This document shows positions 11,101 through 21,515 of a stretch of DNA of 64,000 bases, piece after piece; within the stretch, counting starts at the first letter, position 1, and the number at the start of each line of letters is the position of its first letter. A program made the position numbers and the translations under genes. Source of the DNA: Saprolegnia diclina VS20 (taxonomy: Eukaryota); assembly GCF_000281045.1 (NCBI RefSeq), contig NW_008246085.1, positions 311,749 to 375,748 of the forward strand, in the 5' to 3' direction. Under the pieces are notes generated by a model. That model was not told the origin of the DNA and did no database searches. It was given only the letters and a program-made list of their open reading frames with translations.

Positions 11101-13255
11101 TGAAGAGTACGCGTTCCTCCTCGAAGAGTGCCTGCGCATGCACTGGCCGCGCAAAGGCCGCACGGACGTTCAGATCTACCAGCCGCGCGCCGGCGAGCTC
11201 GTGAGTCACCGGCAGCGCCACGGGCGGCACATCAAAAACATCCTCAAAAAGCTATCCGTGCAAGAGACGGCCTTTCTGGAGCTGCACGCATCCGCGCTTG
11301 CGTGCGTGCGCGACCAAGAGAATGCTTTGCTCGGTCTGCAAGCGCAGCTGCTCATGCAAACTAGTCTCGCCGCGCTACAAGGTCTCGAGAGTCGGTCCAA
11401 GACGACGTACGTCGAGTTTAAGAGCGCGTGGGCCGACCTGCTCAGCACCAAGATGCGGGTCTACCTGACCGACGAGCCCGCGGCGCTCGCGGCCATGTGT
11501 CGCGAGCTTGTCACGACGTGTTCGCATCACATTTTCCCCGATTTGAACTCGGTCGAGGTCATTTCTGGTTGCGACTACCACCCCGATGAGGTCAAGTACG
11601 TCCAGAGCCTCGTGGGCGAGACCGAAGCGACGATTCAAAAAGCCGTCGCCCATCGGCGCGAGATGATCGAGGCGCTCGAGGGCCTCGAACAAGGCATCTT
11701 ATCGCTCCTCGTACTCACAATCTTGTCAAATCAGATCTGAGCGGCGGGATTGTAGGCGACGTTCAAGACGCGGTACCAGACCTGCATCCAGAACCTCTCC
11801 ATCAAGGAAGGGCTGGGCCAAAAGTACGGCATGCCGCGCCGCAACGCCCAAGAGCGTCTGCGCTCCGAGATGAGCCGGTCCGACGAGATGGCGCACTCGA
11901 TCGACAGCCTTCTATCGACGCTCACTGTGATGACCACGTCCCGAGAGTGCGCGCTCAACGGTACCTAGGCGATATAGCACCACCTCTCGTATCGTTCTTC
12001 CACGACAGGACCCAAAGTGCCGAGCAACTTTGTACGGCAAATCCGGTCGGTCGTGCTCGAGCTCCGCCACATTATGTACACGCGCAGCCTTTACCTCGGC
12101 GTGCTCAAAAACAAGGTGCAAGTCGCGCCGCGCAAAGTACCCGACGATCTCGAGGCGACGACCAAGTACGACGCCGACGTCCCCCACGAAGCTGTTGCCG
12201 ACATCAGGACCTTTATGGAGTGGACCGTGCAGTTTGAGGCGCAGTGCATTGCCGACACCAAGAGTCTCTTCCAGGCCGAAGGCAAAGCGATGGAGCTTCC
12301 GCCCGACGGGGTACCCGACACACTCAAAGAGTACCTCGCGGACCAAAAAAGCAAGGCGGCAGCCTACGTCCACACGCAGATCAAGGCGTTCAAAGCCCAA
12401 GTGAAAGCGTTCGCGGGCGTGCTCGCGGTGGCGCCGGCCGTCGCGCTTGACAACATTGTCGTGCGCGCCAAAGCTACCGTTGAGGCCAAGGTCCATGGCC
12501 TCGTGGCGGCCTTCGAGGCCCAGCACGCCGAGTGGGAGGCGCAAAAGCAGAGGCACAAGAGCGCGCTGACGCCCGACCTGTGCAGCCCCAACCGCGTGTC
12601 GGCTGTCGAGGCGCTCTGTGCCAAAGAGGCAGCACGAACGCTCGAGGTCCAAGCCGCAATCCGCAGCGTGCGCTGGAGCGTTCTGGAAGAGCATATTGGG
12701 AACGCACGCGTCTTCCACAAGCGACTCTTGGCTGCGTTTGGGTCGCTCATGGAGATCCTCGACTCGTGCGTCATGCCCGACGACCTCGCAAAAGACGAGG
12801 ACGGCGACGAAGAAGAGAAGAAGCGCAAGTCGCTCAAGCGGCTGCGAAAAGCACTGCGCAAAGTCGAACATGGCGATCCGCTCGCGGCCGCGCTCTCAAT
12901 CGACGAGCGCAAGGTCCTCGACGCGGCCAAGGAGACACAACGCTTCCCAAAGCGGGCGTGGCCCGGCCTGCCAGTTGTCTCGGTGTTCGAGATGCCGCCT
13001 GCGGTTCAGGACGACACGAAAGGCAAAGTGTTTACAAAGGAAGGCGTCGATGGCAATGGTGCGATGGTCGCGTACTTGACGGACGCCCACCGCGCCGCCG
13101 TCGTCGGCCGCGACAGCACGTACAGCGCGTACCACGCCTACTGCGAGGCTGCCATCGACGCATGGACCAAGCACTATACAACGCTCTTGACGGAGGAAGA
13201 GCTCTGGTTCCTCAACTGGGGCAAACTCATTCAGTCGATGCGGCAAGACTCGTAG
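8101..13255 (+). CDS. CCDC180: Large coiled-coil protein, CCDC180-like (DUF4455/DUF4456), probably flagellar
   Basis: Long helical ORFs joined by introns near 10312-10355, 10864-10904, 11711-11755 and 11961-12008. LRMHWPRKGRTDVQIYQPRAGELVSHRQRH and C-terminal EEELWFLNW resemble CCDC180 from memory. Confidence 0.7.
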
Positions 13256-13999
13256 TAAATATGAATACCAGCTCGTAGTTGTACATTGTTCATCACATCA
13301 CGAGGTGCCAAAGGGAGGTGCATCACCGACGAGATGCAGTGCATCTCAGTTCTGGTTTGGGTCTTAGTTAGTTAGTCGGTGTTGTCGCCGCAACATTGAA
13401 GTTGCAACGGTCCAATCACGCGAGGTTTATTTTAATACGCGAGCAATAAAAATAGCGCTGTGACGCACGGTGTTACACATAATTTAAAAAAAGATTGAAT
13501 CGGCCGAAATAAAAATACATGCGCGGTGTATTCAATGCTAACCGTGTCCTATTTTATTAGCGCCGCCTATGTCTTGGTACCAAGTTGCTATCATTTAAAT
13601 TCAATTGGCGGTCAATACAATACAAAGGCGCAGGAATTTCAAAAGCTCGGCGCGACGTTCTTCAGGTCGACACCTATCCCTGTAGCAAGCGCACTCGTTC
13701 GAGCCCAAAGACCTTGGTTTTTGTATGCCCGAGCTTAAAGTGGCGAGTTCGATCGTTTTTTTCCCCATACCTCTCAAGCTCACTTCCTTTTGCGACCGTA
13801 TTCCACCAATGAGAGGCCATCACGCACGCCAGCGTCGCATCTGATTGGCGCAACGCCGCCCGGCTTGAAGAAGCTCCAATCCTCTCTCTTGATCTTTGTA
13901 TGGAGGCCTGTTTTTGAAGCTTGGGCTGTTTCAAGCTCGACATTCAAACCGCAGTTCAATTTGACTTGGTGTTTGTATGTGGAGCCTTCAAGCTCGGAG

Positions 14000-14014
14000 G
14001 TCATTTTCCAAATC
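14000..14014 (+). promoter_or_regulatory. INR+FPR-like element of the HMGB gene
   Basis: GTCATTTTCCAAATC about 25 nt before the ATG at 14039. Confidence 0.6.
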
Positions 14015-14038
14015 CAGACCCACAGCACAGCAGAAGCC

Positions 14039-14746
14039 ATGGGTCGTGCAGCTGCCGCCAAGCCCCGGAAGGAGTCGAGCAAGGCCAAGGCCTCGGCCGT
14101 CGCCGCCTCCACAAGCACGCGTAAGCCCCGCAAGAAGAAGGACCCGAACGCCCCGAAGCGCGCGCTCACGGCCTTCATGTTCTTCTCGTCGTACATCCGC
14201 GAGATCGTCAAGGAAGAGATGCCCGAGCTTACGTTCCTCCAAATCTCGTCTGAGATTGGCCGCCGGTGGGCAGCTTTGACCGACAACGACAAGAAGAAGT
14301 TCACGGCCAAGGCCGAGGACGACAAGGCGCGCTACCTCCGCGAGAAGGAAGACTACCTCCCGGACCCGGCGTACGAGAACCAGGGCGGCAAGGTCAAGGG
14401 CACGCGGAAAAAGAAGGACCCGAACGCGCCCAAGCGCGCGCTCTCGGCGTACTTTTACTTTTGCGACGAGCACCGTCCCGCGACGCGCGAGCAGCACCCG
14501 GGAAAGAAGATCACTGAGATTGCGAGCTTGCTGGCCGAGATGTGGCGCGCGCTCCCTGAGAAGAAGCGTACCAAGTACAACAAGCTGGCCGCCGAGGCCA
14601 AGGAAAAGTACGGTGAGAAGATGGCGGCGTACAAGCTGTCGCTCACGGCCCACGACGACGAGGAAGAGGAGGATGAAGTCGAAGAAGTCGAGGAAGTCGA
14701 GGAAGTCGAGGAAGAAGAAGAAGAAGAGGAAGACGACGACGAGTAA
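14039..14746 (+). CDS. HMGB-type chromatin protein: basic N-terminus, two HMG boxes, acidic tail
   Basis: Two KKKDPNAPKRAL(T/S)A HMG-box starts; terminal E/D-rich tail. True ATG lies just downstream of an INR-like element at 14000. Confidence 0.95.
   Translation: MGRAAAAKPRKESSKAKASAVAASTSTRKPRKKKDPNAPKRALTAFMFFSSYIREIVKEEMPELTFLQISSEIGRRWAALTDNDKKKFTAKAEDDKARYLREKEDYLPDPAYENQGGKVKGTRKKKDPNAPKRALSAYFYFCDEHRPATREQHPGKKITEIASLLAEMWRALPEKKRTKYNKLAAEAKEKYGEKMAAYKLSLTAHDDEEEEDEVEEVEEVEEVEEEEEEEEDDDE
14675..14712 (+). repeat. 9-bp tandem repeat (GAAGTCGAR x4) encoding EVE units in the HMG acidic tail
   Basis: gaagtcgaa gaagtcgag gaagtcgag gaagtcgag read directly. Confidence 0.85.
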
Positions 14747-15571
14747 ACGTTGCGCCGTCCTATCCGTTCTGCTAAAGTGCCTTCGTGTTGCTGCATATCT
14801 ATCGAGCGCGCCTTGATTCCGCGTGCTATGTTTTGGAGGTGGATATTATTTAGTTAAACTCTCAACAATATAGTGACTTCCCTTACTTCCGCCAAGTCTG
14901 TCTCCATGGCAATCGTTCCCATCTACCTCCAAGATCGCTCCCAAATTTGACATGGATACGCGATCCGCGCACGCGATAGGTCAACTGCCGACCAATCGCA
15001 TTGGCGGGTCGCCGAGCCGGCAGCGGTCGTGGCAACCGATTGGGTCCGATGGCGTTGAAGGCAACATCTTGTCAAGCGACTTCACGTGGACTCATACGAC
15101 TGCTTCTCGACCGCGTTGGTCTAGTCCCAAGGTCCTCACCCAACACCTTGGGTGTGCAGTCGAAAGCGAGTTGCGGATGCATGCACTTGTGCAAGTCCGA
15201 TGCTCATCACCGAGCGACGCCGTGCGCATAGCGGAGCGGTCGCTGCGTCGATATGACCAGGTGGGTGCTCGGACTAGTAGTTCGCAGGCAACCAGAGCCA
15301 CCTGCACCAACGCGTTGAGAGCTTTCCATCTCTTACCATTCTGCTCTGCCGAAGAGTGTGTTCTGGTCGTCTAGTTTCGGTCGAGCGAGTCACGCCCAAG
15401 AAAAGATACGCAATCCGCGCCTGCGATAGGTCCACGTTTGGCCAATCAGCACGCGAGTATCGCTTTGGATCGTGAAAACCAAAGTGTCAATATCAGTTCT
15501 CATCGCCTGAAAATCACTGCTTATCCCCTGCAACGCATCAAACCTTATATAAGTACATATGCAATTCGAGT

Positions 15572-16750
15572 TTAAACGTAGTAGTAGAGAATCGAGAGAA
15601 TGATGAGCGCGACGGACGACACCGTCTTTCCGCCGGACGACGAACCCTGCTGCACCGCGGTCTTGGTCGCGTTCGTCGGCGCGGGCGTCATCGGAGCCAT
15701 CGTCGTCATCGGCCCCAACGCCTCCGTGAAGAACTCTAGCTTCGTCGTGTACGTGCACGTGCTCGCAAACCCGCTCGGGAGATGGAAGCACTCGGACGCG
15801 TTTGCGGGGTTGGGAAGGCAGCTACCGGCGCCAAGCACCTTCGACCACATGCTCGAGGTTTGGATCCAAGGCCAGCGCGCGACTCCGCTAAGGAGCGCAT
15901 CGATCGGCTGTACGCACGTCGAAGGCACGTACGGCGCTGTGAAGAGAGGCGTCATCGCACGCGACTGCGTCAGCTGGAACACATCGTTGGCGACAAGCGC
16001 GCTGCACGCCTCGTTCGTCGGTAATTGCACGCCCGCCTTGAAAAGGCGATGGAGAGGCGCCGCTGCATGCAGCGCGCTCTGAGCAAAGGAGTAGGCGCAC
16101 GTCTGGTTGCCTTGGCTAAAGAAACCGGGCGACTGCGTCGAGCAAAATACGTTGGTCAGATCCCGCACGAGCGTCGCAACGACGACGTCGGCTGACGCGC
16201 CAAACTGCGCTGCCACGTCATTGAGTGCAGCCGTGCAGCAGCCGCCGGCGTTGATCGTCTGGAGCACGAAGGGCATGATGGCTTTTTCGAGGCACGGGAC
16301 GACGTTGACGAGCATTGCGCAGAGCGTCTGCGCCTTGGCGTTTGTAAAGTTGAGCGCGTCAACCATTGGATGATGGTGAATGGTATCGTCGCGGCGGCTA
16401 CTCTCGTTCTTGTCGCTGAAGCTGTCATGGGACAATGTGTTGTTGGTGAATCGGCTCGGTTTCGGGTGCGATGGAGCCGACGACCAATCCGAGAAGAGCG
16501 GCATGAGGTCGGAGATCGCACGTAGACATGCGGGCTCGGCCGTCGCGGCGCCAAGCAGCCCGCTCGAGAGCGCCTTGATGTCGGTGGACCCGATGCACGT
16601 GGCGTAGCTTGTAGAGAGCCCGAGCGATGTCGCGTTCATGAACGGTAGCTGAGACAGCGTGTGGTTCATGGGGCTCGACGCATCGCCGAGACTGGAGCAG
16701 GCGAGGCCAAACGTCGCACCCGAGAGGAGAAGCAGGTAGCGCAGGTGCAT
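15572..16750 (-). CDS. Secreted Cys-rich surface glycoprotein with Thr/Pro-rich stalk and C-terminal GPI/TM signal
   Basis: Signal-like MHLRYLLLLSGATFGLA; many Cys including a CC pair; several N-x-S/T sites; PMTTMAPMTPAP stalk; hydrophobic end VALIILSILYYYV. Intronless. Confidence 0.8.
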   Translation of the reverse strand: MHLRYLLLLSGATFGLACSSLGDASSPMNHTLSQLPFMNATSLGLSTSYATCIGSTDIKALSSGLLGAATAEPACLRAISDLMPLFSDWSSAPSHPKPSRFTNNTLSHDSFSDKNESSRRDDTIHHHPMVDALNFTNAKAQTLCAMLVNVVPCLEKAIMPFVLQTINAGGCCTAALNDVAAQFGASADVVVATLVRDLTNVFCSTQSPGFFSQGNQTCAYSFAQSALHAAAPLHRLFKAGVQLPTNEACSALVANDVFQLTQSRAMTPLFTAPYVPSTCVQPIDALLSGVARWPWIQTSSMWSKVLGAGSCLPNPANASECFHLPSGFASTCTYTTKLEFFTEALGPMTTMAPMTPAPTNATKTAVQQGSSSGGKTVSSVALIILSILYYYV

Positions 16751-16788
16751 GAGTCGTTCGAGTTGGAGTTGATTTGTTGCAGTCGATT

Positions 16789-16805
16789 GAAAATTCAAAA
16801 GTGAG
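16789..16805 (-). promoter_or_regulatory. Oomycete INR+FPR core promoter of the surface-protein gene
   Basis: Minus strand CTCACTTTTGAATTTTC about 40 nt upstream of the ATG at 16750. Confidence 0.65.
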
Positions 16806-16921
16806 TGGTGTGGGGGACGGTGACGTGGCAGCGCGCTAGCAGCATCATGGCGGTACACCCGCTAAGACCAAGATGGGGGTTACGCCAACGTCAAAACCGT
16901 TGCGGGAAAGGGCGACGAACC

Positions 16922-17860
16922 ATGTACCGGCGGTCCTTGGAGCCGCAGCCGCTCGACGCGCTTTGGCTGGAGGCCGAGACGGAGGCATTTGCGCTCAAGC
17001 TTGTGGGCCTCGAGCTGCCGACCGAGTCTGCGCCCCGGGGTCCGCCGTCGCTCGGCGAGATCAACGACCTCGACTTTTATGCCCTTGCCGACAACGACGA
17101 CCCAGCACACACTGGCTCATCCACGTCGTCACCTGTAGCCCATGTACTTCTGCTCGCGCTTTATATGTATCCTATTCCATAGGAGTCGATCGAGCAGTGT
17201 GACGAGTTGGCTCCTCGCAGCGCCGGTGCGCGGCTCGTGCCAGGCCGTCGACCAAACGGCGCACCAGGCAAGACGGTCGTCGAGAGGGCGTACTCGCAGA
17301 TCGACGTCACGCGCGTCCGCGCTGAAATGCAGCTCGTTGTGAGCCAGCTCCAGCGCGAAAATGCGTACGCTCCCACACATTCCATATCATACAATGATGG
17401 CGGCCTCGTAGGGAGCTCAAGAAGCGCCTCAAAGCGAGCGAGGCGCTCGCCAATCAACAAAAGCAGCAGCTGCACGCCAAGCACAACCTCAAGGTCGCGG
17501 CCAAAGACGTACGCGCCTCGCTTTCCTCATCCGAAATGTATATCTATGTCGTTGGTTGCAGCGCCACGTAGGGCAGCTCAAGGTGCAACTCGAAGCCGAG
17601 TCGACTGCCAAGGCCGCGCTCCTTGTACGTGAACGCGCCGAATGCAAGAAGAATGAGTCGTGAGTAGGTCACTGTGGCCGCCCTCGAGACCGACCTCGCC
17701 GACGTGCGCTTCGAAATGCGGGTACGACCCCTGGCTTCACAGAGATGGTAGCATGACGGCTGGCTAGATGATGGACAAGGCGTATGCAACCGAGCGCGCG
17801 GTGTGGGTTGAGAAGGAGCAGCTTCTACGGTCGTTGAACACGTCATCGTCGCATTACTAA
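16922..17860 (+). CDS. Hypothetical multi-exon coiled-coil protein
   Basis: Codon-biased segments (MYRRSLEP..., AYSQIDVTRVRAEMQLVVSQLQREN, ELKKRLKASEAL..., TERAVWVEKEQLL) separated by short GT-AG introns. Exon edges approximate. Confidence 0.6.
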
Positions 17861-17907
17861 ACAGCGTTCGTCTAATGTCTTCAAGGAGCTACGCGTCAGA
17901 TTCTAGC

Positions 17908-19549
17908 CTACGGCGTCGGGGTAAACTTGACTCGGACGTCGTCGTCCGTCATAAAGCCGGCGCTGACCGCGTTCGGGTTGCCGCCAAAGAGACGTCGCTC
18001 CCACGTGTTGATGTCAAAGTATATGTACTGCAGCGCCTCGCTCTGCTGTCGCTTGAACCAGAGCTTGAGGTCCATGTGGTAGCGCCACTCGCGCAGGTAG
18101 AGCTCTTGGGCCGCGTACGCTTGCACAACGTCCTTGGGCATCGAGTAAAAGACGTAGAAGAGCGTCTCGAGTTGAAACTTGGAGAGGTGCGACGTCTTGA
18201 GCACGGGCGGCTGGTTGTAGTAGCACAGTGGCAGCGTGTACTGCGGCTCCTTTGTACACGGCGTGTCGGACCACGGCGAGGCAAACGTTGGATGCAGCGG
18301 TCTACGCACCCATTAGATGCGACAGAACGATGAGGCGTACTCGGCCGAGTTGAGGTTGAGCCCCAGCGACGTGAGGTCACAGCCCTGCGCGACGTTGCGC
18401 TCCGGGTCGGTCGAGCGTATGACGTGCAGCATCCCGAGGAGGCCAAAGCGCGAGGTTTCTTCCGACGACGACGTCGGCCGCGACGACGGATGCGGCTTGG
18501 CGTCGTTCGCATGCAGCGGCGGGAACGAGTTGACCGCGAGATTGGTGGCCGATTGGAACCCACCGACGTTGGCAAAGGTCGCGTTCACGTGCGTGCCGGA
18601 GCGCGACCCAATCGACGACGTGCTGCTTGTCGACGGCTGGCTCGTGCGCTGCAGCATCGCGTCGTTGGACGACGACATGCCTTGGTTCGCCGCCTTCTCG
18701 GTCGGTCGGCCCTCGGCGCCAAACGACGAGAGAGCCGGAAAGTCCTCTTTTTGGATCACAAATTCCGAATTTTGCCGGAACGCGGGCGAATTTTCATCGA
18801 CCGAGCTACTCCTACGCAGGAGGTTGAGGACGCAATGCACGCAGCGCGACCTACCGCGCCGTCAGAGCCGGAAACTCCGACATGTCGGGTGTCTTTTCGA
18901 AGGTCCGCACTAGAGGCAGCCACGTCATGCATCGGATCGTAGGTGACATGGGCAGTGTACCTTTGGTGGCCATCGTGATGGGGGTCGCAGCCGGCTCGGC
19001 GATGCGCGATGTCAGGTAGGTGTCCATCAAACCCGACGATGTCGGCGTCGTCGGTGGTACGCTTCTTACGGCGCTGCCCATGCCCATGCCAGCCATGCCG
19101 CCCATGCCCATACCGGCCATGCCCATGGAGCCCATACCGATGCCCGTCGACGTCGCCGCTAGAAACTACGCTGTCGTCAACGCCCACGCTCGCGCCATGG
19201 AGGGTGAAAGAAGGGTGTACCGACGCCATTTGCGGCTGGGCCGCGCCGCTGCTGTAGCCAGGGTAGACGCCCGGCTGCATACCCATCTGCAAGCCCACTT
19301 GGCTCGGGTCACCTATTGCATGACTGAGTTTGCGCCGCTTGCGTTTCCGAGGCGTACCTCCCATGCCTGGGCTCTGCTTGAAGAACCCGTCCTGCCGGTT
19401 GTAGTAGTATTGGCTCGCATCAAACTCTTCCTACGCAGAGGAGGCGCATGAGCCCCGCCCCATGGCGGCAGGCGAACCTGGTCCTCTGCCGTCTGTATGT
19501 TGTCCTTGAAGTAGGCCAGCTTGTCCTTCGACGGGTCCAGGACGCTCAT
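17908..19549 (-). CDS. CNOT2: CCR4-NOT complex subunit 2 (NOT2)
   Basis: SEFPAL and EDFPAL motifs, FGLLGMLHVIR, GCDLTSLGLNLNS, LHPTFASPW, and NOT-box LETLFYVFYSMPKD...LYLREWRYH. Multiple introns. Confidence 0.92.
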
Positions 19550-19618
19550 GACGCCTCCTTCGTTGCGACGTGTCGGCGCTATACAAAGTTGTATATTGAT
19601 CCAAACCACCACACAAGC

Positions 19619-19628
19619 TATCCGGATA
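19619..19628. promoter_or_regulatory. TATCCGGATA palindrome upstream of NOT2
   Basis: Exact 10-bp palindrome about 69 nt before the minus-strand ATG. Confidence 0.5.
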
Positions 19629-19903
19629 CCCCGCGTGCTTGTATCGAGGGAATAATGACGTTTCGGCCCACGGCTTGATGCACGCAACTCGCGGCCGCGA
19701 CAAAGCCGGCGCTGACGCTCTTCCTGCGGTCTCACATGCGCCTGCGATGATGTAAAGGAACATCCTAGAGTCATCCTAGCACCGCCCTAGCAGCACGGTA
19801 GCATGGTATACCAGTGAGGGCAGCGTCGTTGGCAACGCCAATCCGCCGGCTGGTCTCGGATGGGTGCGACGAACGACAGCATTTTCGAATCCAGCGACGA
19901 ACA

Positions 19904-20461
19904 ATGGAAAGCGCACTGCATGCTGCATGGGCGGCGTCCTACGATGCGTGGATGGGCGTACCTGGCCATGCTGGCGTCATCTACAACCGCCCAGGTGCGC
20001 CCAGCGAAGGCGCCATGGAGTACCCGGATTCGGTCTTGGCCTCGCACCTCTTTGCCATCATGGCGTGGAACCCCATGGGCCTTCGCGCGTCGGACGACGA
20101 CAACGACCGCACGCACAAGGCGCTGATCACCGACATTCGGTCGCTGCCTTTGGCGCCTGGCTTCTGGGTCGCGCCTTTCTTTGGCTTCTCAGAGAACTGG
20201 CGTGAGCCCGGTTTCGTGGTCGCCTGCCCCGTCGAAGATACCGGCGCGGTGGCCTCGACCCGAGAGGCTGTGCTAGCGTTAGCAGCCAAGTACCAGCAAG
20301 GCGCCATCTACGAGTACACGCCGGTACCACAGCAACGCCACGTGCTCTTGCGCAAGACCGTGCACTGCCTCTCGTCCCCGGACGTGGACGCCGACGTCTT
20401 CCTCGTCCAGACATCTCGCCCAGACACACCGATGGCCGAGCCACACGTCGATCCCAACTAG
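19904..20461 (+). CDS. DUF3293-like protein
   Basis: Intronless ORF with AIMAWNP...N...L, WREPGF and LAAKYQQGAIY, matching the DUF3293 pattern (TAxNP, WxExSF, FxQxAI) as I recall it. Confidence 0.72.
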   Translation: MESALHAAWAASYDAWMGVPGHAGVIYNRPGAPSEGAMEYPDSVLASHLFAIMAWNPMGLRASDDDNDRTHKALITDIRSLPLAPGFWVAPFFGFSENWREPGFVVACPVEDTGAVASTREAVLALAAKYQQGAIYEYTPVPQQRHVLLRKTVHCLSSPDVDADVFLVQTSRPDTPMAEPHVDPN

Positions 20462-20545
20462 CTACAAGGAGACAATAGCGACTCTCCTCATGTCGCCTTT
20501 CTTTTCTGCAATTCGATTATTTTTAGCTCGCGCTAGACCAGGCGA

Positions 20546-21343
20546 ATGGAGGCGGCAGCGCCACGGCCTACAGGTATCTTGGCCAAAGAACTCGCTACGT
20601 GTGGTGCCAACTATGGCGCGCCTTCGCCCCTCTACGCGATTGATGCGCACGAAGTCGATGCCTGTCGTGAACCCGAGCCCGCACCAACTGTATGGTGTCT
20701 CGCCTTGGAGCGTGGCGTTGAAGCCCTTCGACCAAGGTCGCCTCGCGCAGTCAGCTGCTCTGTACACCGCTCGTTCAAGCAAACCGCGACGCCGTGGACT
20801 GCGGCTCGTTGTTGGCAGCGTATTGCTGCGCTTCGCCATGTTCTTGGGGCCGTAAAACTCTACCGCGTCCGAGAAAACGTCGCCGCACGCTGGATTCAAC
20901 ACGCTTACCGACGCTGGCGTTCGTCCAAGCCGGTGCCACGTGCTCAGTCTCATCTGCCGCGGCCAACGCGACATGCGGTCGCTATTGTACTCAAGGCTGA
21001 GGCGCGAAACCTCACGCTTGCCGCCTTGATGGCGAGCGAGGCTCTCATTCGACGGCGACAGCATCGCGCGGCCCGGCAGATCCAGGTGTGGTACCTGGCG
21101 CACAAGGAGAACCGCCTACACGCGGTTTGCGTCAGCTGTGATCGGCGCATCGCGCAGCTCCGCGTCCACCTTGCCTCGTACGAGACAGACATGCTGTGGG
21201 CGAACGCGATGGCCTGCAAGCTCCAAGGCCTTGCCCGGCGCTACCTCGCGCGACGGTCGCCGCCATCACCGCGACAAGGCATCTCGCAGCAAAGTGCTAC
21301 GCATGTACTTCGTCAGAGCCGTACAATACATGGACACGGATAA
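20546..21343 (+). CDS. IQ calmodulin-binding motif protein
   Basis: IQ-like motifs AARWIQHAYRRWR, AARQIQVWYLAHK and ACKLQGLARRYLAR. Exon structure uncertain. Confidence 0.6.
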   Translation: MEAAAPRPTGILAKELATCGANYGAPSPLYAIDAHEVDACREPEPAPTVWCLALERGVEALRPRSPRAVSCSVHRSFKQTATPWTAARCWQRIAALRHVLGAVKLYRVRENVAARWIQHAYRRWRSSKPVPRAQSHLPRPTRHAVAIVLKAEARNLTLAALMASEALIRRRQHRAARQIQVWYLAHKENRLHAVCVSCDRRIAQLRVHLASYETDMLWANAMACKLQGLARRYLARRSPPSPRQGISQQSATHVLRQSRTIHGHG

Positions 21344-21515
21344 AGCAATGTCATCGATGCGGGCGCTTCGAGTAGTTGGTTGTCATGGCAATGTTGGATC
21401 CAAGCGGTGACACGCACTCACGATTGGCCACCAACACTCACGTTCGAAGTTGGGGCGGAACTTCGGCGCGAAACTCCACGGTTGGGTTTCGCGGGCTCGA
21501 AGCAGCACGAAGACG

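Noticed and set aside
13660..13760. GTTCGA words suggesting tRNA T-loops
   Set aside because: No cloverleaf stems or A-box context could be built.
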